Positions 1 to 12,800 of a stretch of DNA of 62,372 bases are shown in pieces; position 1 is the first letter of the stretch, and every line of letters begins with the position of its first letter. The notes beneath the pieces are model-generated. The model worked only from the letters and a program-made list of their open reading frames with translations. It was not told where the DNA came from and searched no databases. This DNA is from Octopus bimaculoides (taxonomy: Eukaryota). A program made the position numbers and the translations under genes. The stretch covers positions 42,862,470 to 42,924,841 of the forward strand of contig NC_068988.1 of assembly GCF_001194135.2 (NCBI RefSeq), in the 5' to 3' direction.

Positions 1-19
1 TATATATATATATATATAT

Positions 20-255
20 GTTGGCGCGAGGCATCGTGTGTTGCATTCACGAATGCGAGATCGTGGTTTCAACTCCTAGACCGGCCGTGCGTTTTGTTCT
101 TGAGCAAAACACTCCATTTTACGTTCCTCCAGTCCACTCAGCTGTAGAACAGTAACCCTACAACTAACTGACGTTCCGTTTCCGGAAGATGTTACCTGCC
201 TTGCCAAGTCAGTGAGGTGGCATCATTTGAAAACTAAAACAATTCGAAGCGATAT
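20..255 (+). mobile_element. Decayed tRNA-derived SINE (shared core, tail type 3)
   Basis: tRNA-like head, then core GTTCTTGAGCAAAACACT..CCAGTCCACTCAGCTG matching the copies at 5215 and 21414, but with a different 3' tail. Confidence 0.6.
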
Positions 256-837
256 ATAACAACATTCATTAATCTGGTTGATTATAAATGCTAACTGCGA
301 ACTCTACAGAAATAATGTTTGCCAATGTATCTGTGGTCTGATGAGTAGATAGTGGAGTACCCCTCGTTAAGTAATTACTGTTTCCGAGGTTCCGCTAGTT
401 AAACAACATATGTAGCCTGGATTCTACCTGCTTTATTCCAATAATTTGGATTTTTATTCGCATACATAGCAACCCCAGTTGCTAACTGAGAACTATAAAA
501 TAACTATTTTTCAGCTTATTGTACTTGAATGAGGGAAAAAAATTACAATCTTCTACGTCAACGAAACACTATTGTTCCTAAAAGTTGCTTTTTTATACTT
601 TCTACGGATTGCTCGAAGATTACTAGCTTGCTACACCTGGATCCTTGGATCTTACCCATCAGGATATTTTTTTTATTTCCAATTATAACTAATCAATTAC
701 ATGACTAGTCAGAGGGATTTGTTAGTAGTCAAGGATGGGTGAGACAATCGATTATATTGACCAGATTACTCGACTGGTACTCATACTCTCACAAGAAGGT
801 AGGAATTGAAGTCGGAACACTCCTTTGCAAATACGGA

Positions 838-877
838 CCACCACCACCACCACCACCACCGCCACCACCACCACAAT

Positions 878-908
<31 letters not shown>

Positions 909-972
909 GCAGCAGCAGCAACAACAACAACAACAGCATCAGCAGCAGCATCAGCAGCAGCAACTACAACCA
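838..972. repeat. Compound trinucleotide microsatellite (CAC)n(CAA)n(CAG)n
   Basis: Directly visible; explains the homopolymer ORFs at 752-1031. Confidence 0.95.
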
Positions 973-984
973 CTATCTCTCGAC

Positions 985-1912
985 CTTTTTTTGCGCAGTT
1001 TTTAGAAATTCTGGTCTTTGAGTACTCTTAAATAAAAAGTTCAGATGTTGGAGAATGCAGTGATTCATTTAGCTTCTATGTGTGTTGACTGTGTGTTGCT
1101 GATTTTGTCAGGCTCTGGGATCTCGAATTAGTGAATTCCTTTTTTGTGTTTCTTTCTTTGTACGGTTTTATTGACATATGTTTGCAGAGAGAGAAAAAAT
1201 AATTGATAAGGGCGTTTTCTTGCTGTTGGATTGCGGATACATCATCTGAAGTAAAACGTGATGTGGTGTGGCCATTGCTGGAGTGCCTGATGCTGCTAAT
1301 TACTTTGTATAATTTGTAGTGATTTTTACTTGATTTGTTTATGTTAGAAATAAATATTTACTACCCTTTCCGTTTTCCTTTGGTTTAATATTTCTTTTCG
1401 TTGTATTCTTGTTGCAGAGTTTTCTTTCAGCATCAAGAAACTAAACATATTAGATGTTGGTATAATGTGTTTGAAGTTATCTCTTAGTTTTTATCTCGAT
1501 AGCTGTCTCAGTTGTGTAATTTGAGTTGCACTATGTATGTTGCTTTATGGGATATGTTTATTTTGCAAGCATTTATAATTATTTTGTTGAATGTATGTTC
1601 TGCAATGTTTATGTTGGCGACTGCGGTGTTTAGTTCTGTGAAATTTATTTTAGTTTCTTGATGGAATTGTCCCATATCTACATTTTTCTGTTTTTATTGT
1701 AGTTTATGAAAGTGTTTTGCTTCATTGGTTGATGCATCTCTTGTGATGATGATTGCTACGAGAGTAAGCGTAGAATTGGGAATTCCTTGTTACATGTTTG
1801 CGTAGAGCAGAAGGCAATGTCTCTGAAGGCTTTATGTAGTTAGCTTGGTGAATTGTGTGATTATCTTGGTGTAGTTTGTTCAATGGCATTCTATAATCAC
1901 TTATGATATCAA
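985..1912 (-). mobile_element. Decayed LINE ORF2 remnant (end of APE endonuclease plus linker, I/jockey-like)
   Basis: Minus-strand translation across stops and frameshifts gives DIAFCS, IIIT, TFINYNK and FHQETKINFTELNTAVANINIAEHTFNKIIINACK, resembling the EN-RT linker; A/C-rich sense strand. Confidence 0.5.
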
Positions 1913-1913
1913 C

Positions 1914-2215
1914 TTTTCTCTTTGACTTGTTCGTGTGATTGGATTGCGGCCACGCTGGGGCATTGCTTTGAAGCGGGGTTTAGCCGAACCCACTTCGAGG
2001 ACTTATTTCTAAGTCTAGTATTTATTTTATCGTATTTTTTTGTCGAACTGCTCAGTTAAGATGTAAACAAACTAACACCGGTTGTCAAACGATTGGGGGA
2101 AACACATACATATACACATTTACATGCACATACGACGGGCTTCACCACACTTTCCGCCTACCAAATTTAGTCACATGACATTGGTTAGTAGACAACACAG
2201 CCATGCTTACACCTA
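1914..2215 (-). mobile_element. SINE-B (CORE-like) decayed copy
   Basis: Reverse complement of the family seen at 46525-46860. Confidence 0.7.
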
Positions 2216-2368
2216 TATTCGTATTGTTCTTCTTTTTTATAGCAGAACGTGTTATATCCATTGACGACCCTCCAATTATATTTAAGAAGGAATTAATTTG
2301 TTGCGATTGGAATGTGTAACCTGGTGAGACAGTTGGTGAGGTTAACGGTTGTATATATATATATATAT

Positions 2369-2655
2369 NNNNNNNNNNNNNNNNNNNNNNNNNNNNNNNN
2401 NNNNNNNNNNNNNNNNNNNNNNNNNNNNNNNNNNNNNNNNNNNNNNNNNNNNNNNNNNNNNNNNNNNNNNNNNNNNNNNNNNNNNNNNNNNNNNNNNNNN
2501 NNNNNNNNNNNNNNNNNNNNNNNNNNNNNNNNNNNNNNNNNNNNNNNNNNNNNNNNNNNNNNNNNNNNNNNNNNNNNNNNNNNNNNNNNNNNNNNNNNNN
2601 NNNNNNNNNNNNNNNNNNNNNNNNNNNNNNNNNNNNNNNNNNNNNNNNNNNNNNN
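2369..2655. other. Assembly gap flanked by (TA)n
   Basis: Run of N. Confidence 1.
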
Positions 2656-3590
2656 TATATATATATATATATATATATTATATATTGGTTTCGGCTGTTA
2701 TGCCTATCCTGCTATATTGAGATATAATATAATTCAAGATTCGAAAAGGTTTGTGTTAAGCTTACAACTTCGTTTCTTGAACAATAGCGACGTGAATGCC
2801 ATGCATATTCAGGAGTTATTCGTTTCATTTTGTGTTTTTATGACCGCTAATATTCCATTGTAGTAGGTTTTGTTATTTTTCTGATTTTGTTTACGCGGTT
2901 TTACTGTCATTTTAGTTTTTACTTTGTAATATGCATACATACATACATACGTACGTATGTGTGCACATCTAGTTATCTATCTATCTACACAGATGCACAC
3001 ACTCTCTCACACACACAAACACACACACACACAAACACACACACACACGGTGTGTTAAAAACATCGACAAATCGTTTAGTTGTTGGTTCTTATCTCTAAC
3101 GAACTTATATAACAATAGTATTATGGAAAAAGATTTCCATTTCGTGTGACGATATAGACAAATCGCTTTGAGGAACACTGAAAAGAAGATACTTCTAAAA
3201 TATTTCTTTCTCTAAGCTTTTATATTCATCTGTCAATGTATCGAATTTACCGAATATTAATAATAATAAAATTACGAATATAGAATTAAATTAAAAAAAA
3301 CTTAAGAAATAAATCTGCGTATTCTATATTCCATAATATTTCTATTAGGCTGTAATTAATTATGGTACCTTTACAGCTAAACAGATCTTGAATCTGTACG
3401 TGAACTCTACTCAATGTCTAGTGGTATGTTATCTCTTTCAAAGCAAAGAAAAGAAAATACTACACCAGTGGTTTTCAATCATCTTTCCCTATGGTCAACT
3501 TTTGATTTTTATTTCATTCGAGTGGACCTCATAGTCATTCGATATTAGAAGAAATTCTATTGTATTATAATTAAACATTACTAGGGATTA

Positions 3591-4141
3591 CAGGTAAGTT
3601 CACCGCCATCAATTCACTGCCATCAGTTCACCGTCATCAATTCATCGTGAAGAAAGTTCACCTTGAGGAAAGTTTACCGAGTGGTTAGGGCAGCGGACTC
3701 GCGGTCATAGGATCACGGTTTCGATTCCCAGACAGGGCGTTGTGAGTGCTTATTGAGCGAAAACACCTAAAGCTCCACGAGCCTCCAGCAGGGGATGGTG
3801 GCGAACCCTGCTGTACTCTTTCACCACAACTTTCTCTCACTCTTACTTCCTGTTTCTGTTGTGCCTGTAATTCAAAGGGTCAGCCTTGTCACACTGTGTC
3901 ACGCTGAATATCCCCGAGAACTACGTTAAGAGTACACGTGTCTGTGGAGTGCTCAGCCACTTGCACGTTAATTTCACGAGCAGGCTGTTCCGTTGATCGG
4001 ATCAACTGGAACCCTCGACGTCGTAAGCGACGGAGTGCCAACAGCAACACCATTAACAGTTAAAAACTATTTTATTGAACCCCCCCCCCCGAAAAAACAA
4101 ACAAACAAAAATCGCAGAATTAATGACGGTGAACCTACCGG
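3591..4141. mobile_element. Mutator-like MITE nested in the hAT MITE
   Basis: 25-bp TIRs (21/25): CAGGTAAGTTCACCGCCATCAATTC vs revcomp of GAATTAATGACGGTGAACCTACCGG; subterminal 14-bp repeats TTCACCGCCATCAA x3; both flanks contain GATTAC. Confidence 0.6.
3680..4049 (+). mobile_element. SINE-A, 5'-clipped, nested in the Mutator-like MITE
   Basis: Near-identical to 28714-29101 and 49123-49509 but lacks the first ~17 nt. Confidence 0.9.
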
Positions 4142-5214
4142 AGATGATTACAAAGAATTGTATGAAAACAAAAAAATTAAAATCTTTTGTGTATTGTTGA
4201 AGTATAAAAAGCACTTTATTGCACATAAATTTTAGTGACTAAAGATCTAATATGTACCTCCAAGGGTCATATGGTGCATCAAAGGTAATATGGATCCCGG
4301 CTGAGAACCACTGCACTATACCGTTTCTGTTCACAACTAAGAGGCCCGTATCTCTGCACATTGTACCGAATTTTCAGTCAAACCGATTGATTCAATGTTG
4401 GTCATGGAACATCTAGTGTCTGCACAGTAGTGTAGCAAGAAGTAGAGGTAGAGGTGACGGCGACACCAGCGGGTAGGGAGGTGGTCTGTCTCAGCGAGTG
4501 TGCTTTTATGGGGGCAAACTCTTGGGCTGCCCCTGGAGGCATACACTCTCGCTACGCTACCCGTCTGAAGCACCAACCTTTGTTAGTCTGAAAAAAAATC
4601 GATATAGCCGTATGAGACGCTGTTATTATATCATTTGTAACATTACCAGAGAGCATCCGGGAACCTTATCTATTCTCGAATGATCATTGTACGTCCTCCC
4701 TTCATTTTCACCTTTTGATCTCGGAACTGTAGCTGTTCTTCTCTAAAAATCTCTCTTCAGCTAATGCTTTTGTCTGTCTCCCTCCCCACCTTTCAATTTG
4801 CGACCTTGAAACGTTCAAACTGAACATTAACCGCATTAACCCCATTTAAAAATCTCGTTTCCAGTCGACTCCTCCTCCACCACAAACCTATTCGCTTGGT
4901 TAAGAAGTTAGAAGACAAGGAACAAGCATCGCTTCTCCCTCCCCATGCTAACTAATAAAAAGCAAAACAATAAAAAAATAACTCACTGAACCAACGCCCA
5001 CTTTGAGAAACCGTTTATAATTTTATGTAAATATGTAAACATATGCTAATATATACACTATATGCAAATTAATGAATAACTATTTCGTTTCGTGTTAATA
5101 ACCGACCGAAATATTTAAATATCGTTGGTATTGTTAATGCTGTTGTTGATGTAGATGTTTTATTTTGATTACATCTAAATTTGCGTCTTATATAATACTG
5201 TTCGCTGTTAAGTG

Positions 5215-5514
5215 AAGGCACGTCGTTTGGTGGTTCAGATATTCAGCTCATGATCGCAAGGTCGTGAGTTCGATTCTCGTCGGCGCGTTGTGTCCTTGAG
5301 CCAGATGCTTTATTTCACGTTGCTCCAGTCTACTCAGCTGGCAAAAATAAGTTGTTATTTCAAAGGGTCAGACTTGTCACATCCTGTGTCACGCCGAATC
5401 TCCTTGAGAACCACGTGAAGGGTACGCGTGTCCGTGGACGGTAATTTCACGAGCTGGTGGCTCCGTTGATTGGATCAATTGGAATTCCTCAACGTCGTAA
5501 CGGACGGAATGGCA
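5215..5514 (+). mobile_element. SINE-A2 (shared core plus SINE-A tail)
   Basis: tRNA-like head, core TGTCCTTGAGC..TTTCACGTTGCTCCAGTC, and tail homologous to SINE-A. Confidence 0.8.
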
Positions 5515-5584
5515 GTTTGCTACTGTTTATTGCCTTCATCGTTATTATTGATTTTGTAGGTGATATTTTCTTGTTACAGTTATT

Positions 5585-6945
5585 ATGTGTGTTGTTATTT
5601 AGGGTCAAATCAGTCCTGATTAAGCAAAGTTGTGGGTTAAAGGTATTCTAGCCGCGACCATCTGGTACTTTTGTATATCAGGGACTACATCAGCGAGTGT
5701 ATCTTTTTTTCATTATTTAAGACATTTTGGTGTTATTTGAGGGAGATTTGGCAGATATTCCTAACAAATTGACTATGACAAGCTCAGTACTGCTTGTCCT
5801 AGTATTTTTTAACCCCAGGAAAGGTTAAAAAATGATGTTCAAACTACGACCATTTTATTTTTCTTTCAGACGCAATGCTTATAAAATCACACAATCCTTT
5901 GCGTTCTTAAGATAGTAGGGCATAAGTTAAACGAGATTATGCTGCTATTTCTAGTACCTCTCGATACCTTCTTGATTGTGTTGATGTTATGGTAAGTAGT
6001 CTTATAATTTTGTTGCTGTTGTTTCGTACTCGGTCAAGCTTGCTCCAGCAACACCATGATCAAAGACATTTTCTTTTTCGTTTCAGGCATAATGTATCTA
6101 GGACTACACTATCAAATGTATTCTTCCCATTGTTGTTTTGAAGACGGTTGGGTGTGATCTGAGGGAACTTTAGTTACTACTTTTAGAATACTGAGAGACA
6201 GCATTGAGGCTTCCTCAAAAGTTCTTGTTAACATTTTTTAACCCTGGGTCCCTCCTAATTGAACAAACTTATGATCAAAAATATTCTTGCAATGCCCACT
6301 CCAATTTCTATTTTCCAGATAACACGTACTTGATACTACATTATCCAAGACTACCTAAGATATGGTTTCTAAGACTAGAATATAATTTAAGAGAATTTGG
6401 TTGCTGTTTCTTGCAAGTCAAGCGACCATGTGGAGTTTCCCTACGTTATTGTTGTTGGTATTATTGCAGTCATTGTTTTATTAGTTTGTTTTTGGTATTA
6501 TTGTTGTTGTTTAACTATGATAGGCAGAGCAATAATCAAAGGAGTTCAATCTCTAATCATATCCGTATCTATGACTATATTTTTCCACCGTGTCCTACAT
6601 TTTTTAAAGGACAGCGAGTGATTGGCGGAAGATTTGGGTACTATTTCCAGGAAGTCAAGGAACCACGTAAAACCATCTTCACTTGGTCGTTACTGTCGCT
6701 GAGAACATTTAGTACGAAACAATCTACTTGGGTTATATAAATTAAAGCCAACGAGAGAGCCTCTTTGTGGCACACTTGACCTACCAGAAATAACAAAATC
6801 CAAGACGTTAAATTATGCAATCACTGGCATCCCTACAAACATGGCAGAGACAGGATAGTCACGGCTGGAGTGCTTTTAATCAGTCTTCAAAATCTTCAGT
6901 GCGGTTCCATTAATGCTGATCTGGTGCTAAGCAGCAAATTGATAC
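5585..6945. repeat. Array of six old copies of ~200-bp repeat E (five in one orientation, the last inverted)
   Basis: Copies at ~5590, 5800, 6010, 6215, 6495 and inverted at 6745; shared motifs TGATCAAAG, GGACTACA, TAAGAC, GCTATTTCTAG. Confidence 0.7.
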
Positions 6946-8661
6946 TATTGGTTCTTATGAGTTATTTCCCTTAGATCACTTTTTGTAATTATGAAAATTA
7001 CTTTGGCTAAAAATATTCGTACCTTTTTTCTACTTTAGTAGAATCTATATTCACTGATGTAAGTAGATCTAGGAGGACTGTTTCGCAGAGAAAGTCTGTA
7101 AGACAGAAGCTACCATCTTTCATTCTAACAAAGATCTTAGGTATAAAAAGTAACTTTTCTATAAAATTCTAAATTCGAAATCCATTTTCTTTGAGAGCAG
7201 CTGACAGGTGATTTAGGTCTTAGTTGCTCTTGATGTCCAATTCCATTTCATAAAAAATTATTTTGCGTACGTCGTTTGGTGCCTACCTGATAAATAATGT
7301 CTCCAATTTGGCCGCCACTCAACACGCTATTCATATTGAAAGTGCTGGTGCTGGTGCTGGCTGCGTGACCTGGAAGACTCCGCCCGGTGACCGAAATTGA
7401 TAAACAACAATAATACACACAACAACACGTCAGTCACTTAATAGTCTTTAATTGCTCTTCAGAACCATTGAAAAACATTTTTATAGTGTGTGTGTGTGTG
7501 TGTGTGTGTCCCTAGAGAGTAATATATATGTCTGTAGATGTAGTAGATGTGTGTTTTTGTAGTTGTCTGTAAGCAGTGTATATGTATTTTGGGGTAAATA
7601 TGTTTATATGCATATCTCATTGTCTGCTTGTTGATGTGTATGTAAAGATATCTTGTGTATGCAGGTGTACATATGTGTATGTGCATGCGTGTATATTCTT
7701 TGTGTGATTGTGTTGTATGGTTTGGTATTGTGCAGTGATGTGATTTGATGTGGTGTGGTTGTATATGTGTATGTTAGTGTTTGAAAAATTATAGGATTTT
7801 GTTATAAACTGAAAATTCAGAGATTAAAGTGTCTAGTGAAACCAGACAAAAGACATAATTGCCATTATTGATATAAATGTACAATTGTTGTATGAAAATG
7901 TCTATATAGATCTGACAAAGGAGACACTGTCTCTTTTAGTACAGATGTAAACTTTGGCATATTAAAGAGTAGACAAGAGGGGCAGTTCCTCTCTTGGTAC
8001 ACATATGCAAATTTGCCATATATTCAAGACGTGCTGCTGAAGGGAAAAAAACTGAACAGAACTGTTTTATACATAGTTAAAATGAAATAACAAAGCAAAG
8101 GAACTCAAGTAAAACAATGCGTGACATCTCAGATGCAACCGACACCAGAGATACACATGACAGAAAATGGCATACACTTTTTTTTCCATTTATATATCAT
8201 ACTCATAGTGAAATTTATTAAATGAAAAATGAAATAAAACAGATAGAATTATAAACAAATAAAACTTATATCAAAATAACATAATTGACTTTGTCTCTTT
8301 CGGAAAAGATTATAGGATATAATATTGATATGATGCATTTTGGGTAATTATTTTATCAAACCTGGTGAAATAGTGAGAAAAGCCGACCCCAACAGAATTA
8401 TTATAGCAAAGCTTTTAGTTCGATACTTCTGTTGATTCCAGTACTTTACAACTCTAATAATTATAATAGCTTATTATAGACATCAAATCAGATATCTGCA
8501 GAAAGAGTTAGTCGATTATATGAACCCCAGAACTTGTACATTGTTTTATCGACTATGGTGGGAGATAAAAAGCAGTTTACTTGTGTGCAATTTGAGTTCA
8601 GGACGTACTGAGACATAACTAAATACTGCAGAGGTATTTTTTCTCGCTAATAATTATAATT

Positions 8662-8850
8662 ATTTCTAACATGGATACTAGGCCTGAAATTTAGCGGGAG
8701 TGCTCAGTCGATTAAATCGACTCCAATACTTGACGGGCATTTTATTTTATCGATCACTGAAGAATGAAAAGCAAAGTTGACATTGGCATAATTTGAACTC
8801 ATTACATAAAGAACTAAAACTAAATATTGCTCCAAACATTTTACCAATGC
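8662..8850 (-). mobile_element. SINE-C decayed copy
   Basis: Homologous to 45970-46186. Confidence 0.7.
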
Positions 8851-9507
8851 ACATCCCTTAATTTATTTCTGAAGCTCAAAACAACACATCATAGGGAAAT
8901 GATTGCAATCAATTAAATGGATCGCAATATATCACTGGAACTATTTTAACAAACCTAGCAGGATTTTACTCATTGCAATGAATAAGCGAGGCGTATTGAT
9001 ATGAAGCACTTCACAGATCCTACTACTCCACAGCCTTACTGAATAAAAATATATAAGAACTAAAAGTAATACATTAAAATGAAACAGTCAAAAGAAACAA
9101 TTTGAAGTGTCTGGGGTAAGTGTCCAAGACTGTGTATTCATAAAAAAAAAAACTTTAAGGATAACAAAGCCAGTCTGTTTTTTTCCTCTCAATAACAAAT
9201 AAAAAAAAAGTGGTACTTCATTTTATTGATTTCTGAAGGATGAAGAATAAAATCGACTGCAGTGGTATTTGAACTCATACAGTACATAACTAAATACTGC
9301 AAAACATTCCCACACACTTCGACTCTACAAATAAACCGCACTTGATAGTTTGGTAAAATCAAAAAGCTCATACTTTGAACTATAAATCCTATTTTGCTCA
9401 GAAACATATTAGAAATGCATTTAAATCAGAGGTTGCGAAGTAACCACTCCAATAGCTGATGATTCAATAAGTAGTGGTTAGAAAAACAAACAAGCAAAAA
9501 CAAGAAG

Positions 9508-9513
9508 TTTATT
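9508..9513 (-). terminator. Candidate polyadenylation signal of the ZNF gene
   Basis: AATAAA on the minus strand ~310 nt after the stop, followed by a U/GU-rich tract. Confidence 0.45.
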
Positions 9514-9562
9514 CATTAACATTAATACAGTTAGTTTTAATCCTGTAACGTAACTTTTTTTA

Positions 9563-9597
<35 letters not shown>

Positions 9598-9819
9598 CAT
9601 ACACACTGAATTTTTACCGACTTAGCAGAAAGCCTTATATTCTTTTTTAAAGGATAAAAATAGTTAGAGGAATTACGTTAACTCGCATCTATATTATTTA
9701 GTATTTTTCTTTTTTATCTATCTTGCAAAAATGAGCAGTAAATTTGACTTCGATGGAAGTTGACGTCAAAACTTAGTGACAAGAGACTCAGTATTACAAA
9801 GCAAATAGTCCAGCGCTCC

Positions 9820-12800
9820 TTAATGTTTTCTCTCATGTTTAACAAGGCTTTCATGAGTTCGAAACGTTACCGAACACTTCTGACATTTGAAGCTTTTGAT
9901 GCCCGAGTGTATATTTTCATGCGTCATCAAACTATAACGTTGAGAAAAACCTCGCCCACATGTATCACAAATATGTGACTTTACCGACGAATGTGTACGA
10001 GAGTGTCGCAACAGATGAGAATTGGATACAAACGCTTTGTCACACACATCACATTTAAATGGTCGTTCGCCTGTGTGACTACGGGTGTGATATAATAACT
10101 GAGAAGGTTTCGTAAACTGTTTAGAACAGTATTCACATATAAGTGGGGGTCGCTTTTTCTGTCTACGTGAGGTTCTTTCCGTATTACTGTGATTAACTTT
10201 ACTAGTTGATTTATTATCATTACTACTTGCATCTGATACGACATCTACGTGCATTATACCTTCATGAAAGTCAAGATTTTTAGAAGTTGAAGTCCGTGTA
10301 GAAGAGTCCGACTTCTTAATTCGAGAATCTTTGTGTGTGAACTCTTCGTTAATGTTAAAAAGTTTCTTTGAAATTCTTCCAGATTTTGTGGTCTTCACAG
10401 CAGAAATTGTTTTAGAATCTCTGTATTTATAATTTGATTCATTTACACGAATTTTCAGTTTACGGCTTTTTCTTGAACTTGCTTCCTCCTCGTCATTGTC
10501 TAGTGAGAAGCAAACTTTTTTATTTATACGCCGATCTTTCGGAGAGACATAATTATCTTTCAGTTTTCCTTTGCAGGCGAAGTTTGGTTTCATTTTCGTG
10601 TCAGAGTTGGTAATGCTACCTGTACATTCGGAAGACTGTAACGAGTAAGAATTGCTTAAATTATTCTCCAGTCTACAGCAGTTCACTACTAAAGTTTTCC
10701 GATCATTACCAGCGTTTAATCTAGCAGTTTTCAAACGATTTGGTAGTACTGGAAGTTTGGAAGATTTAGAGTCCCATACCTTTAATAAATTAACATCAGA
10801 TTTCGAATATTGACCATTTCTGCAGTTACTGCTAGAACTTTCTAAACTGTCCATGGATTCAATTTGATTTGTTAAAGAAGTCTCATTGCCAGCTGTTGCA
10901 GCCGTCTGATACAACATATCAAATATGTTTTTCGTTTCATGAATTGTTTTAAAGCCTTCTTCTTCCTTTAAAAGTGTTGCAGTCTTAATAAGAAGAGGCT
11001 CTTTTTCAAAATTAATTGATTGAATTTTCAAAACTTCTCCTTTTCTCAAATTCGTTTTTTTGCTTTCTGGTGTCAATTTAGATGACAAACGACTATATTT
11101 TGCTCCGTTATCATTGGTCGATTGGCTTTGGCAAACAATGTTTGTTTTATCATATTTTATCTTATCATCAACTGTATTTTCAATAACTGATGCCACATTT
11201 TCAATAACTGATGCCACATTTTCCATCTCGGAAATATTCAGTACTCCTGTTGAGTTAGTTACTTTTGTGACGCTAACGTCTTTATTATTTTCTCTCTGAA
11301 GTGTCCGGTTGTAATTCCTTTTGGCATGTGGCCCAGATTTGGAAGATTTCTGGACAAATTTTAGATTCATTGAGTTTTTTCTTTCATTGGATTTATTCGA
11401 CGATTCCCCGAAATTACTGATGCAATTCTTCGAATGTTCACTGCTTTCTGCAGTAACCTTCAGGTCTGGAACTGAGAGGTCGATGTTTCTTGACCCTTCA
11501 ATATTTGTTCGCTTATTTCTCTCGTACTTTGCTCTTGGTGTGTTTTCATCAGCATCCGTAGAAATTTCTTTTGAATCTGATCTCAAAACTTCTTCCACCA
11601 TCCATTCATCATCATCACTTGTTAGGTTGTTTCCTACTTTTGGAATATAATCTTTAAATGACATATTTCTTTTCTGAGCATTTTGTTTTTGGAAATAGCT
11701 TCCGAAGGAGTTATCTGATACCAATGAGCGAGTGCTTAAAGAATTAAAATATTTTATAGAGATTATAGAATTATCTATCTGAGAGTGTTTTCGTTTTAGC
11801 TTTCTGTTTTCTTTCTTTACTTTCCAGCTTTTAACGGAATTAATATTAAATGTATCGAACATTTCAGTATCACTATCGACATACGTGAGATTTATATCTT
11901 CATCCGCGCAAGATTCTATTGGATTGACATTTTTCAATGCCTTAAGTTCATTCTTAGTATCTCTGATAATTGTAGGTTTCGTATTGTTTTCACATATGTT
12001 TGTATTATCTTTCATGCGATGGCTGTCTTTTACTGGCTTATCATCTATTTTCGTTGCATTTCTTTGCAACTTTGATTGCTTAACTTTCTGTGAATGCATA
12101 ACGAGTTTTCTCTGACGAATTTCTTTCGGAATAACGGCTGTTTTGGGTTTTATAATCTTCGATTGGTTGCGTATTTTAAAAGAAACATGTTCTTTAGCAG
12201 AGGGATCCGTCTGGATGTCAGTTTTACTACTCTTCCCGTCTACAGAAGACAAATCATAACACACTTTCCTTCTATTTCTGTTTGTCAATGACTGTCGGCT
12301 AGAAACTCTGGTATTTAACTTCCTAGGTGAAAGTTTCGAATTACTACATCCAATCTCATCTGTTCCGTCTGTTAATGCATGTTCTAGTGAGTCAGGGATT
12401 ATTCCCTTTAATTCATGTTGTTTGCAAATTTCAGTAGTAGAGGTCACAACATTTGAAAAGTTTTCCGTAACAGAATTTTCTTTTAAATCACTTTTCTCTT
12501 CTTCCACAGGACCTTTTGAGTCGTTCTCTGAAAAGTATGTTTGAAATTTTACAGAATTGAATAAAATATCGTCATCACTTTCTGTCCCCAAACCTAAGAT
12601 ATAATCCCCTGTGCTTTCTTCTACGAAACCACCATCACTAGAAGAGGATAATTCCACCACATACTCGTCTTTCTCAGAGTATTTCTCTTCCTCTTTCTTA
12701 CTACATTGTTTGTTTAAAACACCAGGACTTTCGCTGGTGGTATTTTTCCTTGGTCTACCAACTCTATTTTTCTTCAGTTTACCTGCTGATAAAGTATACT

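Larger units (their letters stand above)
3466..4313. mobile_element. hAT-type MITE (outer element of a nest)
   Basis: TIRs CAGTGGTTTTCAATC / GGCTGAGAACCACTG; 8-bp flanks TACTACAC vs CACTATAC (6/8 match, central TA). Confidence 0.8.

Noticed and set aside
752-1031. Four ORFs with poly-V/L/H/N/T tracts
   Set aside because: All are translations of a compound triplet microsatellite; no splice or homology support.
3598-3680. CRISPR-like short repeats
   Set aside because: No unique spacers, eukaryotic context; these are subterminal repeats of a TIR element.
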